A DNA stretch of 64,000 bases, from NCBI GenBank assembly GCA_965249135.1, contig OZ252220.1, positions 1,856,001-1,920,000 on the forward strand, read 5' to 3'. A program made the translations under genes and the position numbers. Origin of the DNA: Alphaproteobacteria bacterium. GTDB taxonomy: Bacteria; Pseudomonadota; Alphaproteobacteria; GCA-2746255. The notes beneath the pieces were generated by a model. That model ran no database searches and had not been told where the DNA came from. It worked only from the letters and a program-made list of their open reading frames with translations. Below, in pieces: positions 1 through 11,642 of the stretch (the first letter of the stretch is position 1; the number at the start of each line of letters is the position of its first letter).

Positions 1-440
1 TAAACCCGCTGGCTGGGTGTTTGCCGATGCTGGTTCAGCTGCCGGTCTTCTTTGCCCTTTACAAGGTGCTGTTCGTGACGATCGAGATGCGTCACGCGCC
101 TTTCTATGGATGGGTCAAAGACCTATCGGTGCCAGACCCGACCTCGATCTTCAATCTCTTCGGGTTGCTTCCTTATACGCTGCCGGATTTTCTCCAACTT
201 GGTATTTGGCCCATCTTCATGGGCGTTACGATGTGGGCGCAGTTCAAGCTGAACCCGCCGCCGGCGGATCCGATTCAGGCGAAAATCTTTCAATTCATGC
301 CTCTTATCTTTACCTTTCTGCTCGCCCGGTTCCCGGCGGGACTGGTCATCTATTGGGCATGGAATAACATTCTCTCGATTGCGCAGCAGTGGTGGATCAT
401 GCGCAGGACGGCTGCGGAGTCGAAATCCGCGACGTCCTAG
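1..440 (+). CDS. yidC: Membrane protein insertase YidC, C-terminal part (5'-truncated by window)
   Basis: Frame from position 3 reads [20 protein letters not shown]...EMRHAPF.GW..DLS.PD...[12 protein letters not shown], typical YidC motifs; followed by engB. Confidence 0.96.
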   Translation, partial: NPLAGCLPMLVQLPVFFALYKVLFVTIEMRHAPFYGWVKDLSVPDPTSIFNLFGLLPYTLPDFLQLGIWPIFMGVTMWAQFKLNPPPADPIQAKIFQFMPLIFTFLLARFPAGLVIYWAWNNILSIAQQWWIMRRTAAESKSATS

Positions 441-470
441 CTGTGCGATCGGCCGATAGCGTGCAAAAAG

Positions 471-1157
471 ATGGCGGAAACGAAAAACGCGGCGGTGGGG
501 AGTGACGATCCCTTAGCAAAGGAAACGGAGGCATTGGAAGCCGGCCGGCGGTTGTTCACGGGTGTTTGCGATTTTCAGGCCGGTGTCGCCGCGCTCGAAG
601 GGCTGCCGGAATCGGATCTGCCTGAGATTGCCTTCGCCGGCCGGTCGAACGTTGGAAAATCCAGTTTATTGAACGCACTCACAGGCCGAAAGGCACTGGC
701 GCGGACCTCGAAAACGCCGGGAAGGACGCGGCAAATCAACCTGTTCCAGTTGAATGAAAAACTTTTGCTTGTCGATTTTCCTGGCTACGGCTATGCGCGC
801 GCCTCGAAACAGGACGTGCAACAGTGGACGGAACTCGTCGAGCTTTATCTGAAGGGAAGAACGACGCTTAAACGCGTGCTTCTGCTCGTCGATGCGCGAC
901 ACGGGCTGAAAGAATCGGATCGCAATCTCTCGAGTCTGCTGGATGTGGCGGGCGTTTCCTATCAAATTGTGTTGACGAAGGTGGACAAGTTGGAACCTCA
1001 GCAACTCGCAACCCGACTGCACGAAACCGAGCGGGAGACACAGACTCACGGGGCGGCACACCCGGAGATCATTGTCACGAGCGCCATGACCGGAAGCGGC
1101 ATTCCGCAACTTCGCGCGCGCCTGGCCATGCTGGTGCGGGCGGATGAATTCCAATAG
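471..1157 (+). CDS. engB: Ribosome biogenesis GTPase YihA/EngB
   Basis: [14 protein letters not shown] (G1), [19 protein letters not shown]. Confidence 0.96.
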   Translation: MAETKNAAVGSDDPLAKETEALEAGRRLFTGVCDFQAGVAALEGLPESDLPEIAFAGRSNVGKSSLLNALTGRKALARTSKTPGRTRQINLFQLNEKLLLVDFPGYGYARASKQDVQQWTELVELYLKGRTTLKRVLLLVDARHGLKESDRNLSSLLDVAGVSYQIVLTKVDKLEPQQLATRLHETERETQTHGAAHPEIIVTSAMTGSGIPQLRARLAMLVRADEFQ

Positions 1158-1168
1158 AGTGCCGCGCC

Positions 1169-2077
1169 ATGAATAAAAAAGAATTCACGGTTGATCCCAA
1201 GTGGCTTGCCCAGGCGAAGACGCTTTCAGAGGCGCTTCCCTATATGCGGCGCTATGCCGGCGAAACGTTCGTCATCAAGTATGGCGGTCACGCGATGGGG
1301 GATGCGGCACTCGCGAAGAAATTCGCGCGCGACATCGTGCTGATCAAGCAGGTCGGTATTCACCCGATCGTCGTTCACGGTGGCGGGCCGCAGATCGGCG
1401 AAATGCTCGAACGTCTGAAGATCAAAAGCGAATTCGTGGACGGACTTCGGGTTACCAATAAGGAGACCGTCGATATCGTCGAGATGGTGCTGGCCGGGAC
1501 CATCAATAAGAAGGTCGTTTCGGCCGTGAACGCGGCAGGTGGCAAGGCGGTGGGTCTTTCGGGGAAGGACGGGCAGCTTATCCAAGCAAGGAAGCTGCAG
1601 CGGACGAAACCGGATACGGATTCGAACATTGAAAAGATCCTGGACCTGGGTTTCGTCGGCGAGCCGACGAACGTTAACCCGGACACCCTTACGTCCCTGA
1701 TCGAATCCGGGATCACTCCGATCATCGCGCCGATTGGTCTCGGGGAGAACGGGGAGACCTTCAACATCAATGCGGACACGGTGGCAGGCGCCGTGGCGGG
1801 GGCGGTGGGGGCGACGCGGCTCCTGCTGCTGACGGATGTGGTGGGGATACTCGATAAGAAAGGGGAACTCTTGCCGGAGATGACCGCGGCCACCGTCGAG
1901 GCCGCCATCCAGGATGGCACGATCCATGGCGGCATGATTCCGAAGGCAAAAACTTGCCTCGCGGCCGTGGGGAAGAAGGTGGATGCTGCCGTCATCCTTG
2001 ACGGTCGCGTGCCCCATGCCCTGCTGCTGGAGATCTTCACGGAGCATGGCGTCGGCACACTGATCCGCGACGGCTAG
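1169..2077 (+). CDS. argB: Acetylglutamate kinase
   Basis: [33 protein letters not shown]. Confidence 0.97.
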   Translation: MNKKEFTVDPKWLAQAKTLSEALPYMRRYAGETFVIKYGGHAMGDAALAKKFARDIVLIKQVGIHPIVVHGGGPQIGEMLERLKIKSEFVDGLRVTNKETVDIVEMVLAGTINKKVVSAVNAAGGKAVGLSGKDGQLIQARKLQRTKPDTDSNIEKILDLGFVGEPTNVNPDTLTSLIESGITPIIAPIGLGENGETFNINADTVAGAVAGAVGATRLLLLTDVVGILDKKGELLPEMTAATVEAAIQDGTIHGGMIPKAKTCLAAVGKKVDAAVILDGRVPHALLLEIFTEHGVGTLIRDG

Positions 2078-3723
2078 CCCGCCTCGTTTTCCTCTGCGTT
2101 GGGGCCTTCGTCCTCGGGCAAGGGCTCTGCAACCTCCGAGTCTTCTTCGGCCGGTTCGAACCCGGTCTCTGCGTCCGGCGTGTCTCCCGGCGTTGCGACA
2201 GGCTCCGGGTCTGCGATCTCCGAGCCTTCCTCGGCCGGTTCGAGCCCGGTCTCCGCGCCCGGCGTGTCTTCCGGCGTCTCTTCCCGGGCCCAATTCGGTT
2301 CCGCGAGCGCTTTGTCGGTGGGCGCCTCTTCCCGGGCCCAATCCGGTTCCGCGACCGCTTTGTCGATGGGTGTTTCTTCCGATGCCCAATCCGGATCGAC
2401 GGGTGCGGCCTTTCGCGTTTTTTCCGATGCCCAGTCCGGTTCGGCCATCGGGGTCGAGGGAATGTCCGAGGCCTCTTCCGTGGCGGTATGAAAGGAATCG
2501 AGATGCAGGCGCATCGCGTCTTCGTCCATCGGATAGGTGTCCGTCTCCGCGCTTAAGGCTTCCGTCGGCAGAATACGGGCGACGCGGGTTTGGATACGGG
2601 AGGCAAGCCGCGCACCAAGCCCGGCTTTCCAGGCAAGGGCCGCCACGGCGACGGCGTTGCCGGCGTTTAGGATGCGCTCCGAAATCCTTACCGGCATGCG
2701 GCCAAGCGCGGCAAGGGCTTCCGTGACGAAGAAGTGCTTGCCCTCGCCCAATGCTTCCGAGATGGCCTTTTCATCGAGCGCTCCCTTCGCCTGCAGGCGT
2801 TGGACCTCATCGGCGGCCTTCTCCCTTTCGTCGGCTTCCGTCGCCACCGCCTCCGATCCTTCCCGTTGAATCCGGTCGTGGAGCGCCTCCGCCACGGCCT
2901 TCGCCGTCTCGGGATCGAGGTCGCCGCGATTTTGCAGCGTTTGCAGCAGAGAGACGGCGAGGAAGTCGCTGAGTTTGTGGATGATGCGCGGCGGAAGCTT
3001 CGGACGTCGGGCCAGCGGTTCATGCCAGGGGCGAATCTCGGGCGCCTTCGCCACGATGCGGTCGAGGGTCTCTTCCCGGATATGCGCCACCGGATTCGCG
3101 AGAAGGGCAGCGATCGCCGGGATGCTTTCCGTCTCGACGATGGCGTCCGAGACGGGTTCGACAACGCCGTCACGGCGGGAGATCGCGGTGATTGATGCTT
3201 CCGCAGGGCCAGTGGCAATGATCGCAAGGAGATCAGCGTCCGTGAGGAGAGGCGAGAATTCCAAAACCGGCACCGCCACCTCGACCTCGCTGTCGCGGGC
3301 GAGTTTGCGGATCACTTCCGGCGGGGCGTGCGCCGTTGCCTTCAGTTCCTCGGCCAACATCTGACGCACGCGGGGCAGCCGGTCCTGCACGAGGACTTCG
3401 AGGGCCTCGAGCGCTAAATCGCGGACCCGGCTTTTCGCATCTTCCGGTAGATTCGGAACGAGACGGCCAATTTTCTGGGCGAGGCGATGACGCACTTCGT
3501 CGTCCGAATCGCGAGCGAGCAGAAGGTCGGCATGGGCAGGCGCCTGCTTGTTTGCGGCAATGGTTGCCCGAACTTCGACGTCATCGTCTTCCGCGAGGAA
3601 GTAGAGAATTTCCGGGCGAACGTCCTCGCGAGCCGCAAGCTTACGGCGGACGTTCGGATTCTCGTCGCGGGCGAGCACCTTCGTCTTCGCGTAGTCGACC
3701 TTGCTGCGTCGCTGGATGTTCAT
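2074..3723 (-). CDS. DUF2336 domain protein with acidic repetitive C-terminal tail
   Basis: HEAT-like N-terminus, [33 protein letters not shown]; stop overlaps argB stop, start overlaps stop of upstream DGC. Confidence 0.8.
   Translation of the reverse strand: MNIQRRSKVDYAKTKVLARDENPNVRRKLAAREDVRPEILYFLAEDDDVEVRATIAANKQAPAHADLLLARDSDDEVRHRLAQKIGRLVPNLPEDAKSRVRDLALEALEVLVQDRLPRVRQMLAEELKATAHAPPEVIRKLARDSEVEVAVPVLEFSPLLTDADLLAIIATGPAEASITAISRRDGVVEPVSDAIVETESIPAIAALLANPVAHIREETLDRIVAKAPEIRPWHEPLARRPKLPPRIIHKLSDFLAVSLLQTLQNRGDLDPETAKAVAEALHDRIQREGSEAVATEADEREKAADEVQRLQAKGALDEKAISEALGEGKHFFVTEALAALGRMPVRISERILNAGNAVAVAALAWKAGLGARLASRIQTRVARILPTEALSAETDTYPMDEDAMRLHLDSFHTATEEASDIPSTPMAEPDWASEKTRKAAPVDPDWASEETPIDKAVAEPDWAREEAPTDKALAEPNWAREETPEDTPGAETGLEPAEEGSEIADPEPVATPGDTPDAETGFEPAEEDSEVAEPLPEDEGPNAEENEAG
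2110..2447 (-). repeat. Intragenic tandem repeats: about 4 x 48 nt ([16 protein letters not shown]-type) and 2 x 84 nt ([28 protein letters not shown]-type)
   Basis: Repeated units visible in DNA (tcttcccgggcccaat.cggttccgcga.cgctttgtcg) and in protein; boundaries approximate. Confidence 0.85.
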
Positions 3724-5429
3724 CCCGCCTTTTCCCCCGACGTTTTGGCAAGGACGTAGCCGCTTTTACCGCGCTGCTTTGCCTCATACATGGCGGCATC
3801 TGCGCGGCCGAGGAGCACGTTTAATTCCTCCGGATGGTCCGGGTCGAAGACGGCGATTCCGATCGAGAAGCCGAGCGGACAGTCGGCCCCGCCCGAGAAT
3901 TCGGCAGGGGCCTTCGAATCCTTCAGAATCGCGCGCGCCTTTTCTTCTGCTGCTCTGGCATTCGTGTTTTCCAGCCAAAGGGCGAACTCATCACCCCCAT
4001 GCCGGGCGACGAGGTCAACGCTGCGCGTATTGTGGAAAAGAATCTCACTGACTTTCCGAAGCGCTGCATCGCCTGCTGAATGGCCGCCACGATCGTTTGT
4101 CTGTTTGAAATTGTCGAGATCGAGATAGAAAAGCGTCGCCTTTTCGCTTCCTTTTGTGACGCGCGCAAAGCGGCGATCCAGTTTCTCGTGAAAGGCGCGC
4201 AGATTGAGAAGCCCCGTCAACTCATCGGTTGTAGATAGGCGCAGCAGGCGCTGGTGAATGGCGATTTGCTCGTTCGCGATGCCAAGCTGATCCACAACAC
4301 TTGCCAAGAGTTCCAGTTCATCCTTGCCGAAGGGCTGTGCCTTCCGCCAAAGGCTCACTGCGCCATTCCGCCGTTCGCCGTAATGGGTTGGAAAGAGCAA
4401 ACCATGGCAAGGTTTCTCGAATTCGATGGGAAAGACGCGTTCCGGATCGCGAAGGGCCGCCTCTTCGGTCGCAAAGGAGGGGGGATTTCCGAATTCGGCT
4501 CCGATCACGAATTCCGCGTCTTCCGCAACCGTCACGATCCGACAACCATCTGCATTCGCCGCACGGGTGATGGCGGCGGCGGCGCGTGCGAACATCGCGT
4601 TTGGTTCGACCTCGTCCCGGATCGTACGCACGAGAAAAAGCAGAAGGCGCTCCCTATTCTGGAAACGGGCGAGGTCCATCTGGTGCATCCGGGCCTCCGT
4701 GATGTCCCGGCAAGCCCCCCTTGCCCCCTGCCAGGCGCCTGTTTCATCGAAAAGCGGCCGCGCCGATATCGAGAGACAGGCGGCGTTCCCTCCGGCGTCC
4801 CGAAACCAAAGCTCGACCTCTTCCATTTCGCGGGTGGCGCGGAAGGGGAGACTAAATTCCGTCTCCGCCACATCGAAAAGCAGGTTCGCGGGGTCCTTGC
4901 CGAGAAGCTCGTCCGCTTCAAAGCTAAGCGCGCCCTTCGATGAGACGAAGGTAAACGCTCCGTCCGCCGCCGTCTCCCAGACGAAATCACTCGCCGTTTC
5001 GACAAGATCTTTGTACCGCTGGCGGGACTCGATCAATGCTTCCCTTAAATTGCGATCGAGCGTCACGTCGTTTGCAAAAAGAAAGACGAACCCTTCTTCC
5101 TGGAAAGGCAGGAGAAAAAGATTGAGGGCCGCGCGCGGCGCGTCCTCACCGCTCGCCGATAAGACGACTTCGACATGCTGCGCCTCGTTCGAGGCAAGGG
5201 CTTCATGGATCTTTGTGGAAAGATTCAGGCTCGATGTCTTGTCGGGCCGGGCAAGCAAGGCCGTTGCCAGCGGATTCGCATGAAGGATCCGCCCCTTGCC
5301 GTCGGCAAGGAATGCCGGATAGGGGGCTGCGGCCAGCGCGCCGCCCGTGTCGAACAACCGATCGAAACGGGCGGGTGCCGGGACGTCCTTCGGCCCGCCA
5401 AAAAACGTGGATGCAAGCGGCCCGTTCAT
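3720..5429 (-). CDS. Sensor diguanylate cyclase (PAS-PAS-GAF-like-GGDEF)
   Basis: TDELTGLLN, YLDLDNFKQTND..GH..GD, RSVD I-site then LVARH-GGDEF, ADAAMYEAK; PAS signature SDFVWET...FTFVS. Confidence 0.93.
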   Translation of the reverse strand: MNGPLASTFFGGPKDVPAPARFDRLFDTGGALAAAPYPAFLADGKGRILHANPLATALLARPDKTSSLNLSTKIHEALASNEAQHVEVVLSASGEDAPRAALNLFLLPFQEEGFVFLFANDVTLDRNLREALIESRQRYKDLVETASDFVWETAADGAFTFVSSKGALSFEADELLGKDPANLLFDVAETEFSLPFRATREMEEVELWFRDAGGNAACLSISARPLFDETGAWQGARGACRDITEARMHQMDLARFQNRERLLLFLVRTIRDEVEPNAMFARAAAAITRAANADGCRIVTVAEDAEFVIGAEFGNPPSFATEEAALRDPERVFPIEFEKPCHGLLFPTHYGERRNGAVSLWRKAQPFGKDELELLASVVDQLGIANEQIAIHQRLLRLSTTDELTGLLNLRAFHEKLDRRFARVTKGSEKATLFYLDLDNFKQTNDRGGHSAGDAALRKVSEILFHNTRSVDLVARHGGDEFALWLENTNARAAEEKARAILKDSKAPAEFSGGADCPLGFSIGIAVFDPDHPEELNVLLGRADAAMYEAKQRGKSGYVLAKTSGEKAG

Positions 5430-5497
5430 CCCACTTCGCCGTGACCTTGTTTGTTTCGGAACTGCGGTTTATTTCTAGGTGAACTCTAAGAAGGGAA

Positions 5498-5514
5498 GGT
5501 TAAGGAATGCTTCA
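5498..5514 (-). promoter_or_regulatory. CtrA-like box (one mismatch): TGAA-N7-TTAACC on minus strand
   Basis: ggTTAAggaatgcTTCA at 5498-5514, about 70 nt upstream of the DGC start. Confidence 0.4.
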
Positions 5515-5525
5515 GGATTGGCCGT

Positions 5526-6227
5526 ATGGATCAGCCACTCTCTTTGCCTAAGCCGCCGTCTCTAAGGGAAGTCGAGACGTGGATTTTCGACTTAGACAAC
5601 ACCCTTTATCCGGCAAGCTGTGGGCTTTTTGCGCAAATCGATCGCAAGATGAAAGAGTTCATCTGCGATCTCCTTGAGGTCGAGGAAGACGAAGCGCACC
5701 GTCTGCAAAAGGACTACTTTCACCGTTACGGGACGACACTCCGCGGTCTGATGGAGCATCACGACGTGGATCCGGTCGGCTACCTCGATTACGTGCACGC
5801 CGTCGATTTCTCACCGGTGCTGGGCGACCCGGATCTGGATACGGCCTTGGGCAAACTCGGGGGGCGGAAATTCATCTTCACGAACGGGCCGATCGCCCAT
5901 GTGTCGGAGGTGCTGGCGCGGCTCGGCATCGCAGGGCATTTCGACGACGTTTTCGATATCGTGGATGCCGACTTCATTCCGAAACCGTCGCCGGAGATCT
6001 ATCGTCGGATGCTCGACGCGCATGGGATCGATCCTGCCCGGACGGCGATGATCGACGACTTGCCGAAGAACCTTGCGCCGGCAGCGGCGCTTGGCATGGT
6101 GACGGTGTGGTTGCGCTCGGAAGTGGGAGCTGCCGATTTCGGTGCGCGGGAAGCGCATATACACTACGTCGCGGACGATCTCGTCGAATGGCTGGAGGCC
6201 GCCGCCGCCGAAGGCGCGCGCGGTTGA
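5526..6227 (+). CDS. Pyrimidine 5'-nucleotidase (HAD family)
   Basis: WIFDLDNTLYP, YGTTLRGL, FTNG, PKP, DDLPKNL. Confidence 0.92.
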   Translation: MDQPLSLPKPPSLREVETWIFDLDNTLYPASCGLFAQIDRKMKEFICDLLEVEEDEAHRLQKDYFHRYGTTLRGLMEHHDVDPVGYLDYVHAVDFSPVLGDPDLDTALGKLGGRKFIFTNGPIAHVSEVLARLGIAGHFDDVFDIVDADFIPKPSPEIYRRMLDAHGIDPARTAMIDDLPKNLAPAAALGMVTVWLRSEVGAADFGAREAHIHYVADDLVEWLEAAAAEGARG

Positions 6228-6293
6228 CAGGGAGAAAGGGCTGGCTCATCTTCGCCGCCAACTCGGGTCTTGACCTGAAGGCAAGGCAACACA

Positions 6294-7151
6294 ATGGACA
6301 CCACGACCCTCGAAAGGGAAATCATCGCCGCCTGGGAGGTGCGCGAGACGCTGACGCCTGAGACGAAGGGCGCGGCCCGGAATGCCGTCGAGACGGCACT
6401 CGCCGCGCTCGACTCCGGCGCCCTGCGCGTCGCCGAACGGGGGGAAGATGGCTGGCAGGTCAATGCATGGCTGAAGAAGGCCGTCCTGCTTTCCTTTCGC
6501 CTGTCGGACATGTCGGTGATCCTCGGCGGGCCGGAAGATATGCCAAGGGGGGCCGCCAGCTGGTTCGATAAGGTCCCTTCGAAGTTCGCCGGTTGGGATG
6601 AGAAGCGATTCCGCGAGGCCGGTTTTCGTGCCGTCCCCACCTGTGTCGTGCGGCGCTCCGCCTATATCGCGCGCGGTGTCGTGCTGATGCCGTGCTTCGT
6701 CAATGTCGGCGCCTATGTGGACGAGGGAACGATGATCGACAGCTGGGCGACGGTCGGCTCCTGTGCCCAGATCGGCAAGAACTGCCATATCTCCGGCGGG
6801 GTCGGCATCGGGGGTGTGCTGGAACCCCTTCAGGCGTCGCCGGTCATCATCGAGGACAACTGCTTTGTGGGTGCGCGCTCCGAGGTTGCCGAAGGCGTCA
6901 TCGTCGAGGAGGGCGCCGTGCTCGCGATGGGAGTCTATATCGGCGCCTCGACGAAAATCGTCGATCGCAACACCGGTGAAATTACCTATGGGCGGGTGCC
7001 GGCCTATTCCGTCGTCGTGCCGGGGACGCTTCTTGGCAAGCCGGCTGGCGATGGCGGTGTTAGCCCATCGCTTGCTTGCGCGGTCGTCGTCAAGCGTGTC
7101 GATGAACGAACGCGGGCGAAAACCTCGATCAACGAACTATTACGCGAATGA
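6294..7151 (+). CDS. dapD: Tetrahydrodipicolinate N-succinyltransferase
   Basis: [47 protein letters not shown]. Confidence 0.97.
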   Translation: MDTTTLEREIIAAWEVRETLTPETKGAARNAVETALAALDSGALRVAERGEDGWQVNAWLKKAVLLSFRLSDMSVILGGPEDMPRGAASWFDKVPSKFAGWDEKRFREAGFRAVPTCVVRRSAYIARGVVLMPCFVNVGAYVDEGTMIDSWATVGSCAQIGKNCHISGGVGIGGVLEPLQASPVIIEDNCFVGARSEVAEGVIVEEGAVLAMGVYIGASTKIVDRNTGEITYGRVPAYSVVVPGTLLGKPAGDGGVSPSLACAVVVKRVDERTRAKTSINELLRE

Positions 7152-8299
7152 CCGCTTCCATTGACGTCGTCGAACTCACCCGGGCGCTTGTCCGCTGCCC
7201 GAGCGTGACGCCAGAGGACGCAGGCGCGCTTGGCGTCCTGGAAGAGGCACTCGGCTCGCTCGGGTTTCGTTGCCGGCGGCTGCCCTTTTCGGACGAGACG
7301 GAGCGGGTCGAAAACCTCTATGCGCGCCATGGCGAGGCAGCGCCCGTCTTCTGTTTTGCTGGCCACACGGACGTCGTCCCGGTGGGGAATGCGGCGGCCT
7401 GGACGGTGGATCCCTTCGGAGCCGAAATCGTCGATGGGGTTCTCTATGGGCGCGGAGCGGTGGACATGAAAGGCGCGATCGCCGCCTTCGCAGCGGCCGC
7501 AGCGGCCTTTCTCGACGATCGGGGGGGCGCATTTCACGGGGCCATCGCGTGCCTGATTACCGGCGACGAAGAGGGCCGTTCCGTCAATGGCACCCGAAAG
7601 GCGCTCGAGCAATTGCATCGCGAGGGGGAGGGGTTCGATGCTTGTCTGGTCGGCGAGCCCACGAATCCGAAGACGCTGGGCGAGATGGTCAAGGTCGGAA
7701 GGCGGGGCTCGTTGAGCGGCACGCTCGTCGTGCACGGCGTGCAGGGCCATACGGCCTATCCCGATCTGGCCGAAAACCCGATCCCGAAGATACTGCGATT
7801 GCTGGAGGCGCTCATGAAGGAGTCCCTCGATTCGGGAACCGACCATTTCCCGCCCTCGAATCTGGAAATCACCAGCATCGATGTCGGAAACCCGGTCACG
7901 AATGTGATTCCGGGGGCGGTCGAGGCCACCTTCAACGTCCGTTTTGGTGATTCCTATACCGCGGCAAGCCTGGAGCGTTGGTTGCGGGAACGCCTGGATG
8001 CGGTGGGCCACGACTACGACCTTCGTATCGAGGTCACCGGTGAGGCCTTCCTCACGAAGCCGGAAGCGTTGACGGATCTCGTCGCCAATGCCGTTAAGAA
8101 GGTAACCGGCAAGACGCCTGAGCTCAGCACGACCGGCGGAACATCGGATGCGCGCTATTTGAAGGATGTGGCGCCAGTTATCGAGTTCGGGCTCGCCGGC
8201 TCGACGATGCACAAGGTTGACGAACGCGTCACCATCGCCGATCTTGAGGCGTTGACGGAGATCTACCGGCTAATCCTGGACAGCTACTTCGCCGAATAG
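7148..8299 (+). CDS. dapE: Succinyl-diaminopimelate desuccinylase
   Basis: [46 protein letters not shown]. Confidence 0.97.
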   Translation: MTASIDVVELTRALVRCPSVTPEDAGALGVLEEALGSLGFRCRRLPFSDETERVENLYARHGEAAPVFCFAGHTDVVPVGNAAAWTVDPFGAEIVDGVLYGRGAVDMKGAIAAFAAAAAAFLDDRGGAFHGAIACLITGDEEGRSVNGTRKALEQLHREGEGFDACLVGEPTNPKTLGEMVKVGRRGSLSGTLVVHGVQGHTAYPDLAENPIPKILRLLEALMKESLDSGTDHFPPSNLEITSIDVGNPVTNVIPGAVEATFNVRFGDSYTAASLERWLRERLDAVGHDYDLRIEVTGEAFLTKPEALTDLVANAVKKVTGKTPELSTTGGTSDARYLKDVAPVIEFGLAGSTMHKVDERVTIADLEALTEIYRLILDSYFAE

Positions 8300-9042
8300 G
8301 CTGATCCGTAACGAACGGCGACGAGGTAAAGCCCTTCCGCCGGTGCCGTAGCACCCCCCTTCGTCCGATCACGTGCCGCAAGGGCCGCCTCGACATCCGC
8401 TTTCGTCCATTTGCCTTCGCCGACCAGTTTCAGCGTGCCGACAAGGATGCGAACCTGGTTGTGAAGAAAGGAGCGTGCGCTTGCCTCCACGCAAATTTCG
8501 TCATCCATCTTGACGACGGATAATCCATCCAGGGTCTTTACGGCGCTGGCCGCCTGACAATAGGTCGAACGAAAACTCGTAAAATCATGCTTGCCGACCA
8601 GCACGGTTGCGGCTTTTGACATCGCCGTCGCATTGAGTGGTGTTCCCACGTGCCAGACACGCCCTTCCTCGAGAGCGGGAGGTGAGCGCCGGTTCAAAAT
8701 CCGGTAGCGATAGATGCGCTGCTTTGCCGAGCGGCGCGCATCGAAAGAAGGATCCGCAACCGCCGCATTCAGAACCGAGATCGGGTGTGGACGGAGGTGC
8801 GCGTTCAATCCGTCACGGACCGTCTCCGCATCGAAGGCGCGTTCAAGATCGAAATGGGCGACCTGACCGAAGGCATGAACGCCGGCGTCCGTTCGTCCCG
8901 CACCGTAAAGGGTGACTTCTTCGCCGGCGAGATGCTGGATCGCATCCTCGATCGCCTCCTGCACCGCAAAGCCGTTTGTCTGGCGTTGCCAGCCGACGAA
9001 AGGGCGGCCGTCATACTCGATCGTGAGCACAAAACGGGTCAT
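8284..9042 (-). CDS. truA: tRNA pseudouridine(38-40) synthase
   Basis: [43 protein letters not shown]. Confidence 0.97.
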   Translation of the reverse strand: MTRFVLTIEYDGRPFVGWQRQTNGFAVQEAIEDAIQHLAGEEVTLYGAGRTDAGVHAFGQVAHFDLERAFDAETVRDGLNAHLRPHPISVLNAAVADPSFDARRSAKQRIYRYRILNRRSPPALEEGRVWHVGTPLNATAMSKAATVLVGKHDFTSFRSTYCQAASAVKTLDGLSVVKMDDEICVEASARSFLHNQVRILVGTLKLVGEGKWTKADVEAALAARDRTKGGATAPAEGLYLVAVRYGSAYSAK

Positions 9043-9992
9043 GGCTCGGCCGGTCCTTTTGGTAACGCGAGCTGCGTGCCTTCCGGTATGGCGTGACCGC
9101 GCAAAAATGTGTCCGTCGCCAGCATGGCGCGACCGGCGCGCTGGAGCTCGAGGATGCGGATCGCGTCATCGCCTGTGGCGATGGTCAGCCGATCGTCGAG
9201 CACGGTGCCCGGCGGCTTCGCGCTTTCCTGGCCCACGACTTCCACCTTCCTAAGCCCGATTCGCGTGCCCTCGAATTCGAACCAGGCACCCGGCCATGGG
9301 TCGAAGGCGCGGACCCGGCGCTCGAGCTTGGCCGCCGAAAGCCGCCAGTCCATCTCGCCCTCGGCGGGGCGAAGCTTCTCGGCATAGCTCACGCCTGCTT
9401 CGGCCTGCGGTTTGGGCGTGATCCGTCCGCTTGCCAAACCTTCCAAGGCCCTTCCCATCAGTTCCGCGCCCAACTCGGCGAGCCTTCCCTCAAGGCTTCC
9501 GGCCGTGTCGTCGTCGCGGATCGGGATTTCCTCTTGAAGGAGGATCGGCCCGCTGTCCAATCCTTCGTCCACCAGCATGATCGTGACACCCGTCGTCGCG
9601 TCGCCCGCAAGCAAGGCCCGCTGAATGGGCGCCGCGCCACGCCAGCGGGGAAGCAGTGAAGGGTGCAGGTTGAGGCAGCCGAATTTGGGAGCCTCCAGGA
9701 TTGGTTTTGGGAGGATCAGGCCATAGGCAGCGACGACCGCCGCGTCGAGATGGAGGTCTTGAAAGGCGCGTGCCTCTTCTTCCGTCTTTAGGCTTTGCGG
9801 TGTGCGGACGGGAAGGCCATGCCGTTCGGCAAAGCTTTGCACGGGCGTTGCCGACACCTTCTGTCCACGGTCCCGTGGCCGGGCCGGCTGGGCGTAGACG
9901 GCGGCGATCTCATGGCCTGCCTCGATCAGCCGGGCAAGCGTCAGAACGGCAAAATCCGGTGTGCCAAGAAAGGCAAGCTTAAAGAAGGCCAT
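9039..9992 (-). CDS. fmt: Methionyl-tRNA formyltransferase
   Basis: [42 protein letters not shown]. Confidence 0.97.
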   Translation of the reverse strand: MAFFKLAFLGTPDFAVLTLARLIEAGHEIAAVYAQPARPRDRGQKVSATPVQSFAERHGLPVRTPQSLKTEEEARAFQDLHLDAAVVAAYGLILPKPILEAPKFGCLNLHPSLLPRWRGAAPIQRALLAGDATTGVTIMLVDEGLDSGPILLQEEIPIRDDDTAGSLEGRLAELGAELMGRALEGLASGRITPKPQAEAGVSYAEKLRPAEGEMDWRLSAAKLERRVRAFDPWPGAWFEFEGTRIGLRKVEVVGQESAKPPGTVLDDRLTIATGDDAIRILELQRAGRAMLATDTFLRGHAIPEGTQLALPKGPAEP

Positions 9993-10510
9993 CAGGCAAT
10001 CGCCTGCATCCTTTTCAGTTTTGAAAGCTTGCGCAGGATGATGTTGCGTTTCAGCATCGAAAGACGGTCGACGAAAAGAATGCCTTCAAGGTGGTCGATC
10101 TCGTGTTGAATACAGGTGGCCAGTAGACCCTCCACCTCGATTTCGCAAATCTCGTTTTCATAGTCGAGGTAGCGGATTCGCGCCTTCGCCGAACGGGTGA
10201 CCTCCGCGAACTGATCCGGGAGCGACAGGCAGCCCTCTTCGAAGGCGGCCTTTTCCTCGGAAGTCCAGAGGATTTCCGGATTGGCAAGTTTCAGGGGGTT
10301 TGACTTTTCTCCCTCCTTCACCACGTCGACGACAAGAACGCGCTTCGTGACCCCCACCTGCGGCGCAGCCAGGCCGATACCGGGCGCGGCATGCATCGTT
10401 TCGAGCATGTCATCCATGAGACGGCGGATCGCATCGTCCACCTTCTCGACCGGCTCGGACTTCAGCTTGAGCCGGGGGTCCGGTGCCGTAATGACCGGTA
10501 AAATCGCCAT
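9992..10510 (-). CDS. def: Peptide deformylase (start placed at MAILPV)
   Basis: GIGLAAPQVG, EGCLS, QHEIDHLEG. Confidence 0.97.
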   Translation of the reverse strand: MAILPVITAPDPRLKLKSEPVEKVDDAIRRLMDDMLETMHAAPGIGLAAPQVGVTKRVLVVDVVKEGEKSNPLKLANPEILWTSEEKAAFEEGCLSLPDQFAEVTRSAKARIRYLDYENEICEIEVEGLLATCIQHEIDHLEGILFVDRLSMLKRNIILRKLSKLKRMQAIA

Positions 10511-10562
10511 AAATTCAGCATACCCCTTTTGTGAAGACGCGCCAATCTGGGTAGGATGAAGC

Positions 10563-11636
10563 ATGGGTCCGACCTTGCAGCTTATCCTGTTCGTTGCCGC
10601 CGCCGCGGCACTCGTTCTTGGCGTGGGCCTTCTTTATCTTGTGGCCCAGCTGCGCGGGCGGTTTGACCAGCAGGCAAAGACGGAAGCCGAAGCGCAACAT
10701 CGGCTGGCCCAAAGTCTGCAGGCCCAGGAGCGCGCTATTAACGAGCGGCTGGAACAGGTTTCGCGCCGGCTGAATGACGGCCTTACGCAATCTACCGAAA
10801 AGACGACGAAAACGATGACGGATCTGCGCGAGCGCTTGGCCGTCATCGACGCCGCCCAGAAAAACATCGCCGAACTTTCAACCCAGGTCGTCGGCCTGCA
10901 GGACATCCTCGCGAACAAGCAGGCGCGCGGCGCCTTCGGCGAAGTGCAGCTTCAGGACCTCGTGCAAGGTGTGTTGCCGGCGTCCGCCTATCGCTTTCAG
11001 GCGACGTTAAGCAACAACAGCCGGGCGGACTGTCTGCTTGCCTTGCCCAACCCGCCGGGGCCGATCGTGATCGATGCGAAATTTCCGCTAGAAAGCTACC
11101 GCGCGCTCCGCGACGCCAAGGACGACGCTTCCTTACGCGATGCTACGCGGCGTTTCGGCACGGATATCCTGAAACACGTCCGCGATATTGCCGAGAAATA
11201 CATTCTGCCCGGCGAGACGGCGGAGCTGGCGCTTATGTTCCTGCCATCCGAAGCAGTTTACGCGGAACTGCACGCAAATTTGCCGGACGTCGTCGAGAAG
11301 GCGCACCGTGCCCGCGTCTATACCGTCTCGCCCAGCACACTTTGGGCGACCTTGAATACGATTCGCGCCGTGCTGAAGGATGTTCATATGCGCGAACAGG
11401 CGCACATCCTTCAGAAGGAAGTGATGATCTTGCTGGAGGACGTCGTCCGTCTCGACAAGCGCGTCGGTAGCCTGCAAGGCCATTTCCATCAGGCGGAGCG
11501 CGATATTGAAGAAATTCAGGTTTCAAGCCGCAAGCTAACGAAGCGGGCGGAACGCATCGGCGAGCTTGAAGTCGAGGAAGACACTGCAAAGGAAATCGCA
11601 TCTGCTCAACCCGCCAAGCCTCGCCTCGTGGAGTAG
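10563..11636 (+). CDS. rmuC: DNA recombination protein RmuC
   Basis: N-terminal TM, coiled coil, RGAFGEVQL, IDAKFPLE, MFLPSEAVYAE, VSPSTL. Confidence 0.94.
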   Translation: MGPTLQLILFVAAAAALVLGVGLLYLVAQLRGRFDQQAKTEAEAQHRLAQSLQAQERAINERLEQVSRRLNDGLTQSTEKTTKTMTDLRERLAVIDAAQKNIAELSTQVVGLQDILANKQARGAFGEVQLQDLVQGVLPASAYRFQATLSNNSRADCLLALPNPPGPIVIDAKFPLESYRALRDAKDDASLRDATRRFGTDILKHVRDIAEKYILPGETAELALMFLPSEAVYAELHANLPDVVEKAHRARVYTVSPSTLWATLNTIRAVLKDVHMREQAHILQKEVMILLEDVVRLDKRVGSLQGHFHQAERDIEEIQVSSRKLTKRAERIGELEVEEDTAKEIASAQPAKPRLVE

Positions 11637-11642
11637 GGCCAT

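Noticed and set aside
2110-2447. Repeats as a CRISPR array
   Set aside because: They are in-frame, degenerate coding repeats without unique spacers, and no cas genes are present.
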